From a virus (Duplodnaviria; Caudoviricetes), in the IMG/VR virus record IMGVR_UViG_3300023095_000011, positions 1 to 24,664 of that record: a stretch of 24,664 nucleotides of DNA; one strand, written 5' to 3'. The position numbers were made by a program, and so were the translations under genes. Below are positions 9,204-16,743 of this stretch, piece after piece. The notes beneath the pieces are model-generated. The model saw only the letters and a program-made list of their open reading frames with translations. It ran no database searches and was not told the DNA's origin. How positions within the stretch are numbered: position 1 is the stretch's first letter; each line of letters begins with the position of its first letter.

Positions 9204-9739
9204 GCCGCCTTACCTACCAGAGTGACAGTTATGGTTGAACCTGAGGCGGCGCTAAATGCTACGGAGCCGAGTATGTTTGTGCTGAGTAGGGTTATACCAG
9301 TAAAAATCTGCTTATTGAATGGAATGGTGACGGACTTCTTATTGCCTGCTACTACTGCAGCTGCACGAGCATAGTTGGCACTTGAGTCAATCGTCTCAGT
9401 TCCTACACCTTCTACGTATATGTCTGAGCAGATAGCTGTGCCTGCCGAAGTGTGGTCGCTGGTTAGGTAGATAACCGCGTTTCCGCCTGAAGTGGTCACG
9501 GTGTCCATCCACACTACGATATCGCCTGTGTTCGGTGTACCGTTTAGGGGAGTTCCATTCTGGTAATAGCGAACAGAAGTTTTCGTATTGGCTACAGCGA
9601 GTACAGCTTGGTCACCGAGATATACCTGAGCCTCAGAAGGTATCTGGTCAGGACTGTTAGTCATAGGCATTGAGTTGGTAACCATGTCGGTCGTGAGAGC
9701 GTTCGATGGTTGGTTTGATGGGTTTACTGATACTGTCAT
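9200..9739 (-). CDS. Hypothetical beta-rich structural protein
   Basis: 179 aa, Thr/Ser/Val-rich, TAATG-coupled within the fibre cluster. Confidence 0.6.
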   Translation of the reverse strand: MTVSVNPSNQPSNALTTDMVTNSMPMTNSPDQIPSEAQVYLGDQAVLAVANTKTSVRYYQNGTPLNGTPNTGDIVVWMDTVTTSGGNAVIYLTSDHTSAGTAICSDIYVEGVGTETIDSSANYARAAAVVAGNKKSVTIPFNKQIFTGITLLSTNILGSVAFSAASGSTITVTLVGKAA

Positions 9740-10269
9740 TATAAGCTCACTATTCTTCCAGCAAAGTAATTATTAGCTGTACCCGTAGTTATTGCACCGC
9801 CAAGTCCTTGCAGATAGACTTCTACATAATCCGTTGCGGATAACTGTAGTACATCATTTACTCCAATAGTAGTAGTGACGTTACCTGCAGTAAAGTACTG
9901 GAAACCACTCGTTACAATAGACCCGTTTTTGTATAAAGCTATCCTGAAACTACCCGCACCGCCTGTCACGTATGTAATCCATGAATCGAACTGATAGAAT
10001 CCTGCTACTGGAGCAGTAAATCGTCCGACGTTCGTTGTAACATCGAAGTTGTTGCCTGTATCATAATTCTCTGTATCAAAGTTTACGATTGCAAGAGTTG
10101 CGTTACCACAGTTCTGCGCGCCATTTCTATATGCACGAAACTTATAAGGAATGTGCTGGTTAACGACTGTAGGAGATGCTGCTGTACCACCAAGATCACC
10201 AGCAAGCTGAACTTTACCTTTAGTAATAGTGGTTGCATCGGCAGTAGGAGCATTTTGATTTAATGCCAT
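9739..10269 (-). CDS. Short fibre/receptor-binding protein with a C1q/TNF-like head domain
   Basis: N-terminal fibre repeat DATTITKGKVQLAGDLGG. C1q-type motifs FRAY, VNFDTENYD..NNFD..GRFTAPVAGFYQF, LYKNG, LQLSATDYVEV and YFAG. Confidence 0.75.
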   Translation of the reverse strand: MALNQNAPTADATTITKGKVQLAGDLGGTAASPTVVNQHIPYKFRAYRNGAQNCGNATLAIVNFDTENYDTGNNFDVTTNVGRFTAPVAGFYQFDSWITYVTGGAGSFRIALYKNGSIVTSGFQYFTAGNVTTTIGVNDVLQLSATDYVEVYLQGLGGAITTGTANNYFAGRIVSL

Positions 10270-11948
10270 TACAGGGTAGTCTCCGTCACATAAGCAAACC
10301 CGTTAGCCGAGTTCCAAATAATGTCTATTCTTCCTGCGTAGTCTTCACCATTCAACGAGAAACTTCCGAGGCTTTGCAAGAAGATGCTGAATGATGTCGT
10401 GGAAGCAGTTGTGCCGAATTTAACGTACGCATCAGAAGTCGAGGCGTTATAACAGGTCATAAGTCTTCGGGATGGGTTCGCCGCTAAAAGGGTCGTAGAA
10501 GTCGCTGAACTTGTAACTGTAGTTAGAGCTGCAGTATTTGCTGGGGAATTACGCGTAAATGTTGTTCCAGTACCGTCCGTAGCGAAAGGAGAATAATCAC
10601 CATTCGCACTTGTGAGAGTTGTAGCTGCATTATCATTACGCACTCCCCACACTGCAACGCCAGTATCACCTGAGGTATGTGCTGCATCCTCAGCTTTACC
10701 TAAGTTAGTAGCAGCAACTCCAGGCGTTAAACTTGTTGTCCCTGTCAGAGTGGTGACCGTACCTACTGTAGTGACGGTCGCAAGAGTTTGTGCAGCCGCA
10801 ATATTAACGGCACCAATAGTAGCAGAACCAGCTACTAGTGAAGGCAAACGGGTAACATCGACATCCAGCCCATTCGTAATGTCACCACGCATTCTATCCC
10901 ACGTAGTACCGTTGTATAGTGCAGAGAAAGCCCAGTTCTGGGTCATGTCAGTTTCGTTGGTATAAGCATCTGACGGTCGTTGTGACGATGGGTTTGGGGC
11001 AACTATGTGATAAACAGTCTGAATACGTAAAGAGGTCGTAAGTGTTGCACCATTCGTATAGACGATTCGGAAGTAACGAGCGGTAGGTTGAACTGAGAAC
11101 ACTTTGCCCGAAGTCGCAGGAATTGTATATGTGTCGATGAAATCCCAGTTTGTGTTGTCCGACGATTGCTGTAGCGATAGTCCATCGGTCGCAGACGCAT
11201 GTGAACTATACACAGATACTTGAATAGCTGAATAATTTAATACATCTTCGCCTGTACCAGTGAAAACACCCGCTGCGGAGAGGTTTGCGCTCGTTGAGTT
11301 AGCGGTTGATAAGACCCCATTTGTCTTCAACACAACAAATTGGTTACCTGCAGTATCGCCTGCAATACTCTGAATATTCGTCCCATCGTCTACCATTGCG
11401 AGTGTACCTGTGGCAGTGCCCCTGACAGCTCCATCGGCATACTGTGTACCGCTTGAACCACCAGATGCAATCGTTACCTTTAGGTTACCGTTCACATCAA
11501 GTTGAGGTGCGTAAAGTTGACCGTCAGTAAGTGTGGGGGCAGAAGACTTATAGCGCCCAAGAGCTACCGTGCCTGTCGCTGGAGCAGTAGTCGTCAACTC
11601 TGCGTATTGTGTACCTGCAGCACCACCTGTAGAGGCGACTCTAAGCGCACCTGTAGAATCAAGCTGTAGTCCATACATCTGTCCATCAGTAAGGGTCGGT
11701 GAAGATGATTTATAACGTCCGAGCGCTAGAGTGCCTGTGCCAGGAGCTGTGGTGTCGAGTTCTACATACTGACTACCCGCAGAACCGCCCCCTGTAATAA
11801 CAGCACTCACCAGTAGACGGTGAGTTGTGGGATCAGCACCAATAACAACAGGCGTGCGACCTGCAGTGTTTATTGTATTTATATCTGTACCGAGAAGAGT
11901 TGTTACTCGGTTTTCATCTCGTGGTGAAATTGCATCTGGTAAAGCCAT
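10269..11948 (-). CDS. Fibre/appendage protein with internal repeats
   Basis: 559 aa, very Thr/Gly/Ala-rich. Repeats of about 54 aa, a jelly-roll-like segment (LQQSSDNTNW...ARYFRIVYTNG) and YNGTTWDRMRG. Confidence 0.65.
   Translation of the reverse strand: MALPDAISPRDENRVTTLLGTDINTINTAGRTPVVIGADPTTHRLLVSAVITGGGSAGSQYVELDTTAPGTGTLALGRYKSSSPTLTDGQMYGLQLDSTGALRVASTGGAAGTQYAELTTTAPATGTVALGRYKSSAPTLTDGQLYAPQLDVNGNLKVTIASGGSSGTQYADGAVRGTATGTLAMVDDGTNIQSIAGDTAGNQFVVLKTNGVLSTANSTSANLSAAGVFTGTGEDVLNYSAIQVSVYSSHASATDGLSLQQSSDNTNWDFIDTYTIPATSGKVFSVQPTARYFRIVYTNGATLTTSLRIQTVYHIVAPNPSSQRPSDAYTNETDMTQNWAFSALYNGTTWDRMRGDITNGLDVDVTRLPSLVAGSATIGAVNIAAAQTLATVTTVGTVTTLTGTTSLTPGVAATNLGKAEDAAHTSGDTGVAVWGVRNDNAATTLTSANGDYSPFATDGTGTTFTRNSPANTAALTTVTSSATSTTLLAANPSRRLMTCYNASTSDAYVKFGTTASTTSFSIFLQSLGSFSLNGEDYAGRIDIIWNSANGFAYVTETTL
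11334..11789 (-). repeat. Three tandem protein repeats of about 54-55 aa (third degenerate)
   Basis: GG.AG(S/T)QY.EL.TTAP.TGT.ALGRYKSS.PTLTDGQ.Y..QLD..G.L.V occurs twice, then GGSSGTQYADG...ATGTLAM. QY falls at aa 60, 114 and 169. Confidence 0.8.
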
Positions 11949-11990
11949 TTAAAATCCTGTTTAAAGGCCGTGTGAGCTAATCGAATTATA
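11949..11990 (-). promoter_or_regulatory. -10 box plus conserved leader motif (site C)
   Basis: TATAAT (11990-11985), tcgatt, AGCTC-aca-CGGC, then ctttaaacAGGAttttaaATG. Confidence 0.65.
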
Positions 11991-12753
11991 ACTTATGGGA
12001 CTGTTTAATACTAGCGAGGTCGTTCAGTGCAATCTCTCTACCATCCAGCTGTAACTTACGATCATGGAGTTTCATTTCTCTTGTTGTAAGTTCTTTTTCT
12101 TTGCCATCTAAGTCAGCTACCCTATCCTGTGCCTGTTCAACTAATAACTTGGCTGCATTTTCTTTATCTTCTGCGCCCTTGAGAAGCCTATTAGCTTCGT
12201 CTCTATCCTTATCGATCAGCACTTCTTTTTCGGCTATAGCCTTTTCACGTGCTTCTAGATCAGAGACCTTTTCTTTAATCTCGTTCTCAGACTGCGATAC
12301 GGAACTCTCCCTAGTGGTTAGGAACTGAGACTGCTTATCTAACATCTTGGTCTTTTCACGGAGATTATCTTCATCTTCCGCTAGTTTAATATCACGGCTA
12401 TCGAGTGATTCTTTGCGTGCGTCCAGCTCACGAGTTTTCTCTGTAACATAATCTTGGTGCTCAGCGGTCTTCTGGGTAAGTACATCCATCTTCTTATCGA
12501 TAGTTTTTTCTGCCTCTGCAAGACGAGCTTCCTCAGCATGCTTCTCATTGCTAAAAGCTTCACTACGTGTCTTTATCTCACGTTTGATACTTTCTAAGCG
12601 TTCTTGGTTAGTGACAACCTGTCTATTACCTGTCTGTACCTCTTCGGTGATATTAGCGTGTATAGCTTTAAGTCCTGGTAGTTCTCTGGTCAGCTTAGAG
12701 TGCATCTCTTGAAGCTTTGCCACTTCATCGTGTAGCTTGTCCCATTCAGACAT
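11986..12753 (-). CDS. Long coiled-coil protein of unknown function
   Basis: 255 aa, almost entirely charged heptads (L..RE..L pattern). Confidence 0.75.
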   Translation of the reverse strand: MSEWDKLHDEVAKLQEMHSKLTRELPGLKAIHANITEEVQTGNRQVVTNQERLESIKREIKTRSEAFSNEKHAEEARLAEAEKTIDKKMDVLTQKTAEHQDYVTEKTRELDARKESLDSRDIKLAEDEDNLREKTKMLDKQSQFLTTRESSVSQSENEIKEKVSDLEAREKAIAEKEVLIDKDRDEANRLLKGAEDKENAAKLLVEQAQDRVADLDGKEKELTTREMKLHDRKLQLDGREIALNDLASIKQSHKL

Positions 12754-13262
12754 TAGTTCTGCTCTATTATAGTATCGGTTGTACCGAGTGAGGCTGCGGC
12801 AATATCGCTAACAGCGTTCTTCGATTTGTCATTTAGTTCGGGGAATTCAACGTCCTCAACTGTTGGTTCAATAACAGCGTCTTCTACAGATTCATCAGTG
12901 GTCACACCTAGATCAATTTCTCCTACAGGACCACGAGTAGCATGCAACGTACTAGCTTCTTTGACACGCAAGACAACTTCAGCTTCGTACTTGGCGCGGA
13001 CATCTGCGTCCCAGATACGGAGTACGTCTGACTTACTACTTTGAATCATTTCGTCAATGATTGCTTTCACACCGAGAGTAGCCACCGCTCCACCAGGTAA
13101 TTCGCTTACCTTGTGAGCAGGAAGCTTGTATTGATAAGGCGTATTCGTTTCATCTGCTACCTGAAAGATGACATCATGATCAAATGGATTCTGAATCCAT
13201 ACTGTTGCTTGTGGATGGAATTGTCGGTAGTTAGATTTTGTACCGTCGGTTGTTGTGGCCAT
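12753..13262 (-). CDS. Hypothetical phage protein with acidic C-terminus
   Basis: 169 aa, strong SD AAGGAG, TAATG-coupled to the next gene. Confidence 0.75.
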   Translation of the reverse strand: MATTTDGTKSNYRQFHPQATVWIQNPFDHDVIFQVADETNTPYQYKLPAHKVSELPGGAVATLGVKAIIDEMIQSSKSDVLRIWDADVRAKYEAEVVLRVKEASTLHATRGPVGEIDLGVTTDESVEDAVIEPTVEDVEFPELNDKSKNAVSDIAAASLGTTDTIIEQN

Positions 13263-13298
13263 TAGAGCTCCTTAAATGTTTATGCCTATAGTTTACCA
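13254..13298 (-). promoter_or_regulatory. Extended -10 promoter and leader with the motif overlapping SD and start (site F)
   Basis: TGGTAAACTataggcATAAACAtttAAGGAGCTC-taA-TGGCcaca; near-copy of 16701-16743. Confidence 0.65.
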
Positions 13299-13304
13299 CA
13301 CATG

Positions 13305-13327
13305 AAAAGACGCCCTTTCGAGCGCCT
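13305..13327 (-). terminator. Intrinsic terminator
   Basis: AGGCGCUC-GAAA-GGGCGUCU stem with GNRA tetraloop followed by a short U run, downstream of the 96-aa ORF. Confidence 0.75.
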
Positions 13328-13355
13328 ATTCTGGTTCACAGCCGACTTAAGTATA

Positions 13356-13646
13356 TTACTTAGTTGCGGTGTTTGAAAAGCCACCAGCACCAGTCTTACC
13401 TGTGCTGTTGTTCTGTTGGTGAGCGCTCTTCTCAGACTTGGTATCTTCCTTAACGGTTGATTCTTTAGTCTCATCTTTAGCAGGCTTAACATCCTCTTGC
13501 TTGTCTTGGTCTACATCCTGTGCAAGACGGTCTGTTAGCTGTGCGAATGCATCTTCTGCCTTTGTAACAGCTGCACGAAGTTCTGTGATAGCTTCCTGAG
13601 CTGCACCAGTAAATGCGTTGATGTGGGTTGTTTGTACTTCTGCCAT
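13356..13646 (-). CDS. Hypothetical protein (helical N-terminus, charged disordered tail)
   Basis: 96 aa with strong SD AAGGAG. Confidence 0.7.
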   Translation of the reverse strand: MAEVQTTHINAFTGAAQEAITELRAAVTKAEDAFAQLTDRLAQDVDQDKQEDVKPAKDETKESTVKEDTKSEKSAHQQNNSTGKTGAGGFSNTATK

Positions 13647-13665
13647 ATAATTCTCCTTTTAGTTA

Positions 13666-13703
13666 AAATGGTATCCGTTGGGCTTAACCTCAGGATACCA
13701 TTT
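13666..13703 (-). other. 11-bp perfect inverted repeat (leader hairpin or possible terminator)
   Basis: AAATGGTATCC-16 nt-GGATACCATTT, ending about 8 nt before the SD of the 96-aa gene. Confidence 0.7.
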
Positions 13704-13734
13704 ATGTTGATCTCGTACTGTTCGTATTCTTACA

Positions 13735-13974
13735 CTAAGCTGCGGTTGTGACGTTCGTCCACACGGTAGAACCTGTGGTGTTCACGTACAAACGGGTTGA
13801 TGTGCTTGATCCGTCAGTCCTGAGGTAGATAGAGCCTTGAGGTGCGCTCATAGTTGGTACACCTGAACCAAAGGTAATCTTTGGTGATGCACCAGTCCCA
13901 ACACTTGTGAAGGTAGCGCCACCCGCTGTGATAGGGGTGTTGATTGCTACTTCGTAATCTCGTAAGTCTGACAT
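13735..13974 (-). CDS. Small capsid-associated/fibre-like protein
   Basis: 79 aa, SD TAAGGAG. GSGVPT.SAPQGSIYLRTDG...LYVN..G...W is a motif common in phage fibre and decoration modules. Confidence 0.65.
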   Translation of the reverse strand: MSDLRDYEVAINTPITAGGATFTSVGTGASPKITFGSGVPTMSAPQGSIYLRTDGSSTSTRLYVNTTGSTVWTNVTTAA

Positions 13975-13983
13975 TGTATCTCC

Positions 13984-14727
13984 TTACGCAATGTTTAGGT
14001 TAACAAAGCCGTACTTGGTTGTGACACCAGGTACTGCATAGACCGTACCGATACGAGTAGTGACGGTTGTTGCAGCTTCGACAGCGACTGCACCAGCAGT
14101 TGTCCCCTGGATGACACCAGAACCAACCGCAGGAGTACCGTCGATAAGGACGTTCGTAACACCCTTAACTTGGAACCAACCATAGTTAGCAGCCGTGACA
14201 GCGATATCAGGGACACCAGTGAAGACATCAGTAACTGCAGTACCAGAGGCATCTGAGATTATGATGTTTGTCATCGGGTGAACCGCAAGGCTGACTTTAG
14301 AGTTACCAGCTACGATGGCTGTAGTGATCGGGTCGTAAAGGTTAATGACCACGTTACCAGTAGTTGAAGCCTGTGCAGAGTGTCCTTTGATAAGGATGTT
14401 CTGACCAGCGCCAGCGCCGTCGAATACCTGTAAGTAGCCGCCAGCGTACTGGTTAGCAGTTACAGCCGTACCAGCTAGGGTAACGGTGATTGACATTGAA
14501 CCGACAGCTACGTTTGACGCGGTAGGTACAACTAGGTTCTGATGGTTAGCAACACCAAGCGGAGCCTGTGTGAGCTTACCAATAGCCAAAGTTGACGCAC
14601 CAGCCAAGCCGTAACGGTAGACACGTCCGTCGATTGTGTTTGCTTCGACACCTAATGCACCCTGTTGGGTTGCGCTTAGTGTGTTTAGTTCCTGTTCTAC
14701 TACAACAGGTCGCATAGTAAGTCCCAT
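13984..14727 (-). CDS. Capsid decoration/cement-like protein
   Basis: 247 aa directly after the MCP. LG....DGRVYRY and YGWFQVKG motifs; Gly/Ala/Thr/Val-rich. Confidence 0.6.
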   Translation of the reverse strand: MGLTMRPVVVEQELNTLSATQQGALGVEANTIDGRVYRYGLAGASTLAIGKLTQAPLGVANHQNLVVPTASNVAVGSMSITVTLAGTAVTANQYAGGYLQVFDGAGAGQNILIKGHSAQASTTGNVVINLYDPITTAIVAGNSKVSLAVHPMTNIIISDASGTAVTDVFTGVPDIAVTAANYGWFQVKGVTNVLIDGTPAVGSGVIQGTTAGAVAVEAATTVTTRIGTVYAVPGVTTKYGFVNLNIA

Positions 14728-14729
14728 GA

Positions 14730-15800
14730 TTAAACTCCTGTGATTCCAGTTAACGCACCATGACGGCGGGTTGAACCAGAGATTAAGTTACCAAGCATGA
14801 TGAACTGACCAATCTGTGCGTACTGGTTGAACGGTTTATCGAAGCCACTCCACTGGATAGGGTAGTTCTGTTGGTACTCAGAGTAAACTGAGTCAATGTT
14901 CTTACCGTTCATCTTGTAGCTTGTAAGACCGACACCTTTAAGGTTGTACCAGTTCAAGTAATCTTCATTAATGAAGTACATTGTTCCAGATGGACACTTT
15001 TCATCAGCAACGATTGGAATACCTCTCCAACAGAGTGCCTCAAAACCGAAGTGACCCTTGAGGGATTCTTGATCTTTGAATGTGACACCAGGCTTAGAGT
15101 AGGTTGTGATGTTGACACGTGATAACGCGTCGTAACCAGCATTGATAGTTGGGGTGAACAAACTCTCAAGCAAGTCCCAGACTGTTTCAGTCGTAAGGAT
15201 GATGCTTGGGCGTTGGCGACGTGAGCCAGCAGCGCTAGAACCACGCATAACTGTAGCCATGTTAGCGAAGGTCAATAGACCACCCTGAGCAGCTAAGATA
15301 GTCGAGTTAAGTTGTGGGTAGGTAGTACGAGTAAGACCAGCGTAAGTGCTTGTCTGTGTACCGTCATCGATGATTGCACCAAGACCTAAGAAGTCATCAC
15401 CTGAACCAGTACCGTAAATCTGGCTACCGATTGAATCAAGCATAGCGTTCTGTGCTTCTTCCATCGTAACTTTCATTAAGTCGAGAACTTCACCGTCAGT
15501 CTTGTTCAAGCTAGCTTCACCACCAGAAACTGATACGTTCTGGTAGAACTGAGCATGACTGAAAGTCTGACGAATACGAGTATCTTGCAATGCTGTATCG
15601 AAGTTACCAACACCAGCGAATGAACCGCCAGTTGTAGGCTTTGCTATTTGTAGTGGAACTTGCATCTGACGACCAGACCAAGTTTTCATCTCACGCATGA
15701 ACAAGCGAGAGAGAAACACGTTGGAGTTTAGAACTCCGTCAATCACGGTAGGAACATATGATTCCTCTGTGATTGAGATAACACGGTTTGATAATGCCAT
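14730..15800 (-). CDS. Major capsid protein (HK97 fold)
   Basis: 356 aa following the scaffold. Features include LDLMKVTMEEAQNAM, IYGTG..DFLGLGAII, YAGLTR, PSIILTT and GIPIVADEKCP..TMYFIN. Confidence 0.85.
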   Translation of the reverse strand: MALSNRVISITEESYVPTVIDGVLNSNVFLSRLFMREMKTWSGRQMQVPLQIAKPTTGGSFAGVGNFDTALQDTRIRQTFSHAQFYQNVSVSGGEASLNKTDGEVLDLMKVTMEEAQNAMLDSIGSQIYGTGSGDDFLGLGAIIDDGTQTSTYAGLTRTTYPQLNSTILAAQGGLLTFANMATVMRGSSAAGSRRQRPSIILTTETVWDLLESLFTPTINAGYDALSRVNITTYSKPGVTFKDQESLKGHFGFEALCWRGIPIVADEKCPSGTMYFINEDYLNWYNLKGVGLTSYKMNGKNIDSVYSEYQQNYPIQWSGFDKPFNQYAQIGQFIMLGNLISGSTRRHGALTGITGV

Positions 15801-15822
15801 TATCTATCCTTTTATTTAGTTA

Positions 15823-15856
15823 AATTAAAAACCCGCCGACACTATGGCCGACGGGC
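15823..15856 (-). terminator. Terminator-like hairpin in the 5' leader of the major capsid gene
   Basis: GCCCGUCGGC-CAUAGU-GUCGGCGGGU (10 bp including 3 G-U pairs, so it forms only on the mRNA strand), followed by UUUUAAUUU. Confidence 0.7.
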
Positions 15857-15867
15857 TACTTAACGTA

Positions 15868-15896
15868 AACATAGCATATCAGGGCTAAAAAATCAA
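15868..15896 (-). promoter_or_regulatory. Sigma70-like promoter for the major capsid gene
   Basis: TTGATT (15896-15891), 17 nt, TATGTT (15873-15868), with the TGn extension. Confidence 0.6.
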
Positions 15897-16709
15897 CTAC
15901 AGACGGCTCTTAGCAAGGTCATGTACCTGATCAAGCGAAAGGCCAGGAGGAAGCGCAACTTTCTGGTCTGATTTACCACTTGTTGATGTGCCTCCACCTT
16001 GTACGCTACCGCCACGAGCATTCTTGCGGTTATTAAGCTCTTTCTCTTTCTCAATCTCGTATTTGTCGTACTGGACAGCCTTATAAGCAGTCTCAAAGTT
16101 ATTCACTACAATGCCCTGTTGAAGCTTGCGCTCCATGTAGCTGTAGACTTCTTCAATCTCTTTATCTTCTTTAATGCCGAGAGACTTGATGTCCTTATCC
16201 CATTCTTTTTGCAGGGCATCGGTACGTTTCTTGGTTTCACGCTGTTCTTCGGTCTTCACACGCTCTTCTTCAGCCTTGAAGTCTGAATCCTCTTTGCGCA
16301 TCAGCTCTTTAGTACCGCGCATCAGTTCCTTATAAGATACTGGTTCAAAGCCATCAGGTACTTCATCGAGGTTATTGAAGTAAAACTTCTTACCGTCTAT
16401 GCTCTTAATCTCTACCTTGCCCTTGCCAGGCTTGTTGATGTCTTCGTCTACTTCGTCACTTGCAGGGGTGTCGTCTTCTTGAACGTCATCATCTTTGGAC
16501 TCTTCCTCATCTGCCGAATCATCTTCGTCGGACTGCTCGGAATCGTCGTCTTTTCCTTCTTCAGAATCTCCGTCATCATCTGATTTGTCGTCTTGCTCTT
16601 CTTTTGTGTCATCTTCACCCTCGCTATCTAATTTGCGCTGTTCTTCTTCGGTGATCTGATCTAGGGTCAGACCTTCTTTGATTTCTTTATCGTCTTCTGA
16701 TGTGGCCAT
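15897..16709 (-). CDS. Capsid scaffolding protein
   Basis: 270 aa with a very acidic N-terminus and helical core, located between portal and MCP. Confidence 0.75.
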   Translation of the reverse strand: MATSEDDKEIKEGLTLDQITEEEQRKLDSEGEDDTKEEQDDKSDDDGDSEEGKDDDSEQSDEDDSADEEESKDDDVQEDDTPASDEVDEDINKPGKGKVEIKSIDGKKFYFNNLDEVPDGFEPVSYKELMRGTKELMRKEDSDFKAEEERVKTEEQRETKKRTDALQKEWDKDIKSLGIKEDKEIEEVYSYMERKLQQGIVVNNFETAYKAVQYDKYEIEKEKELNNRKNARGGSVQGGGTSTSGKSDQKVALPPGLSLDQVHDLAKSRL

Positions 16710-16743
16710 GTGAGCTCCTTATGTTTATACGACTAGTTTACCA
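16701..16743 (-). promoter_or_regulatory. Extended -10 promoter (inside the last portal codons) and leader with the motif overlapping SD and start (site E)
   Basis: TGGTAAACTagtcgtATAAACAtAAGGAGCTC-acA-TGGCcaca. Confidence 0.65.

Noticed and set aside
13305-13355. Possible small RNA of about 40 nt from TATACT (13355-13350) to the terminator
   Set aside because: There is no TG extension or convincing -35 box; it is more simply the 3' UTR of the 96-aa gene.
13735-14727. The 247-aa and 79-aa ORFs are in frame (TAA GGA GAT ACA ATG), suggesting a readthrough fusion
   Set aside because: The 9-nt spacer is a strong SD (TAAGGAG) at normal spacing, so independent initiation explains it.
16440-16700. 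Low-complexity tcttc/tcatc-rich tract
   Set aside because: It is explained by the Asp/Glu-rich N-terminus of the scaffold protein.
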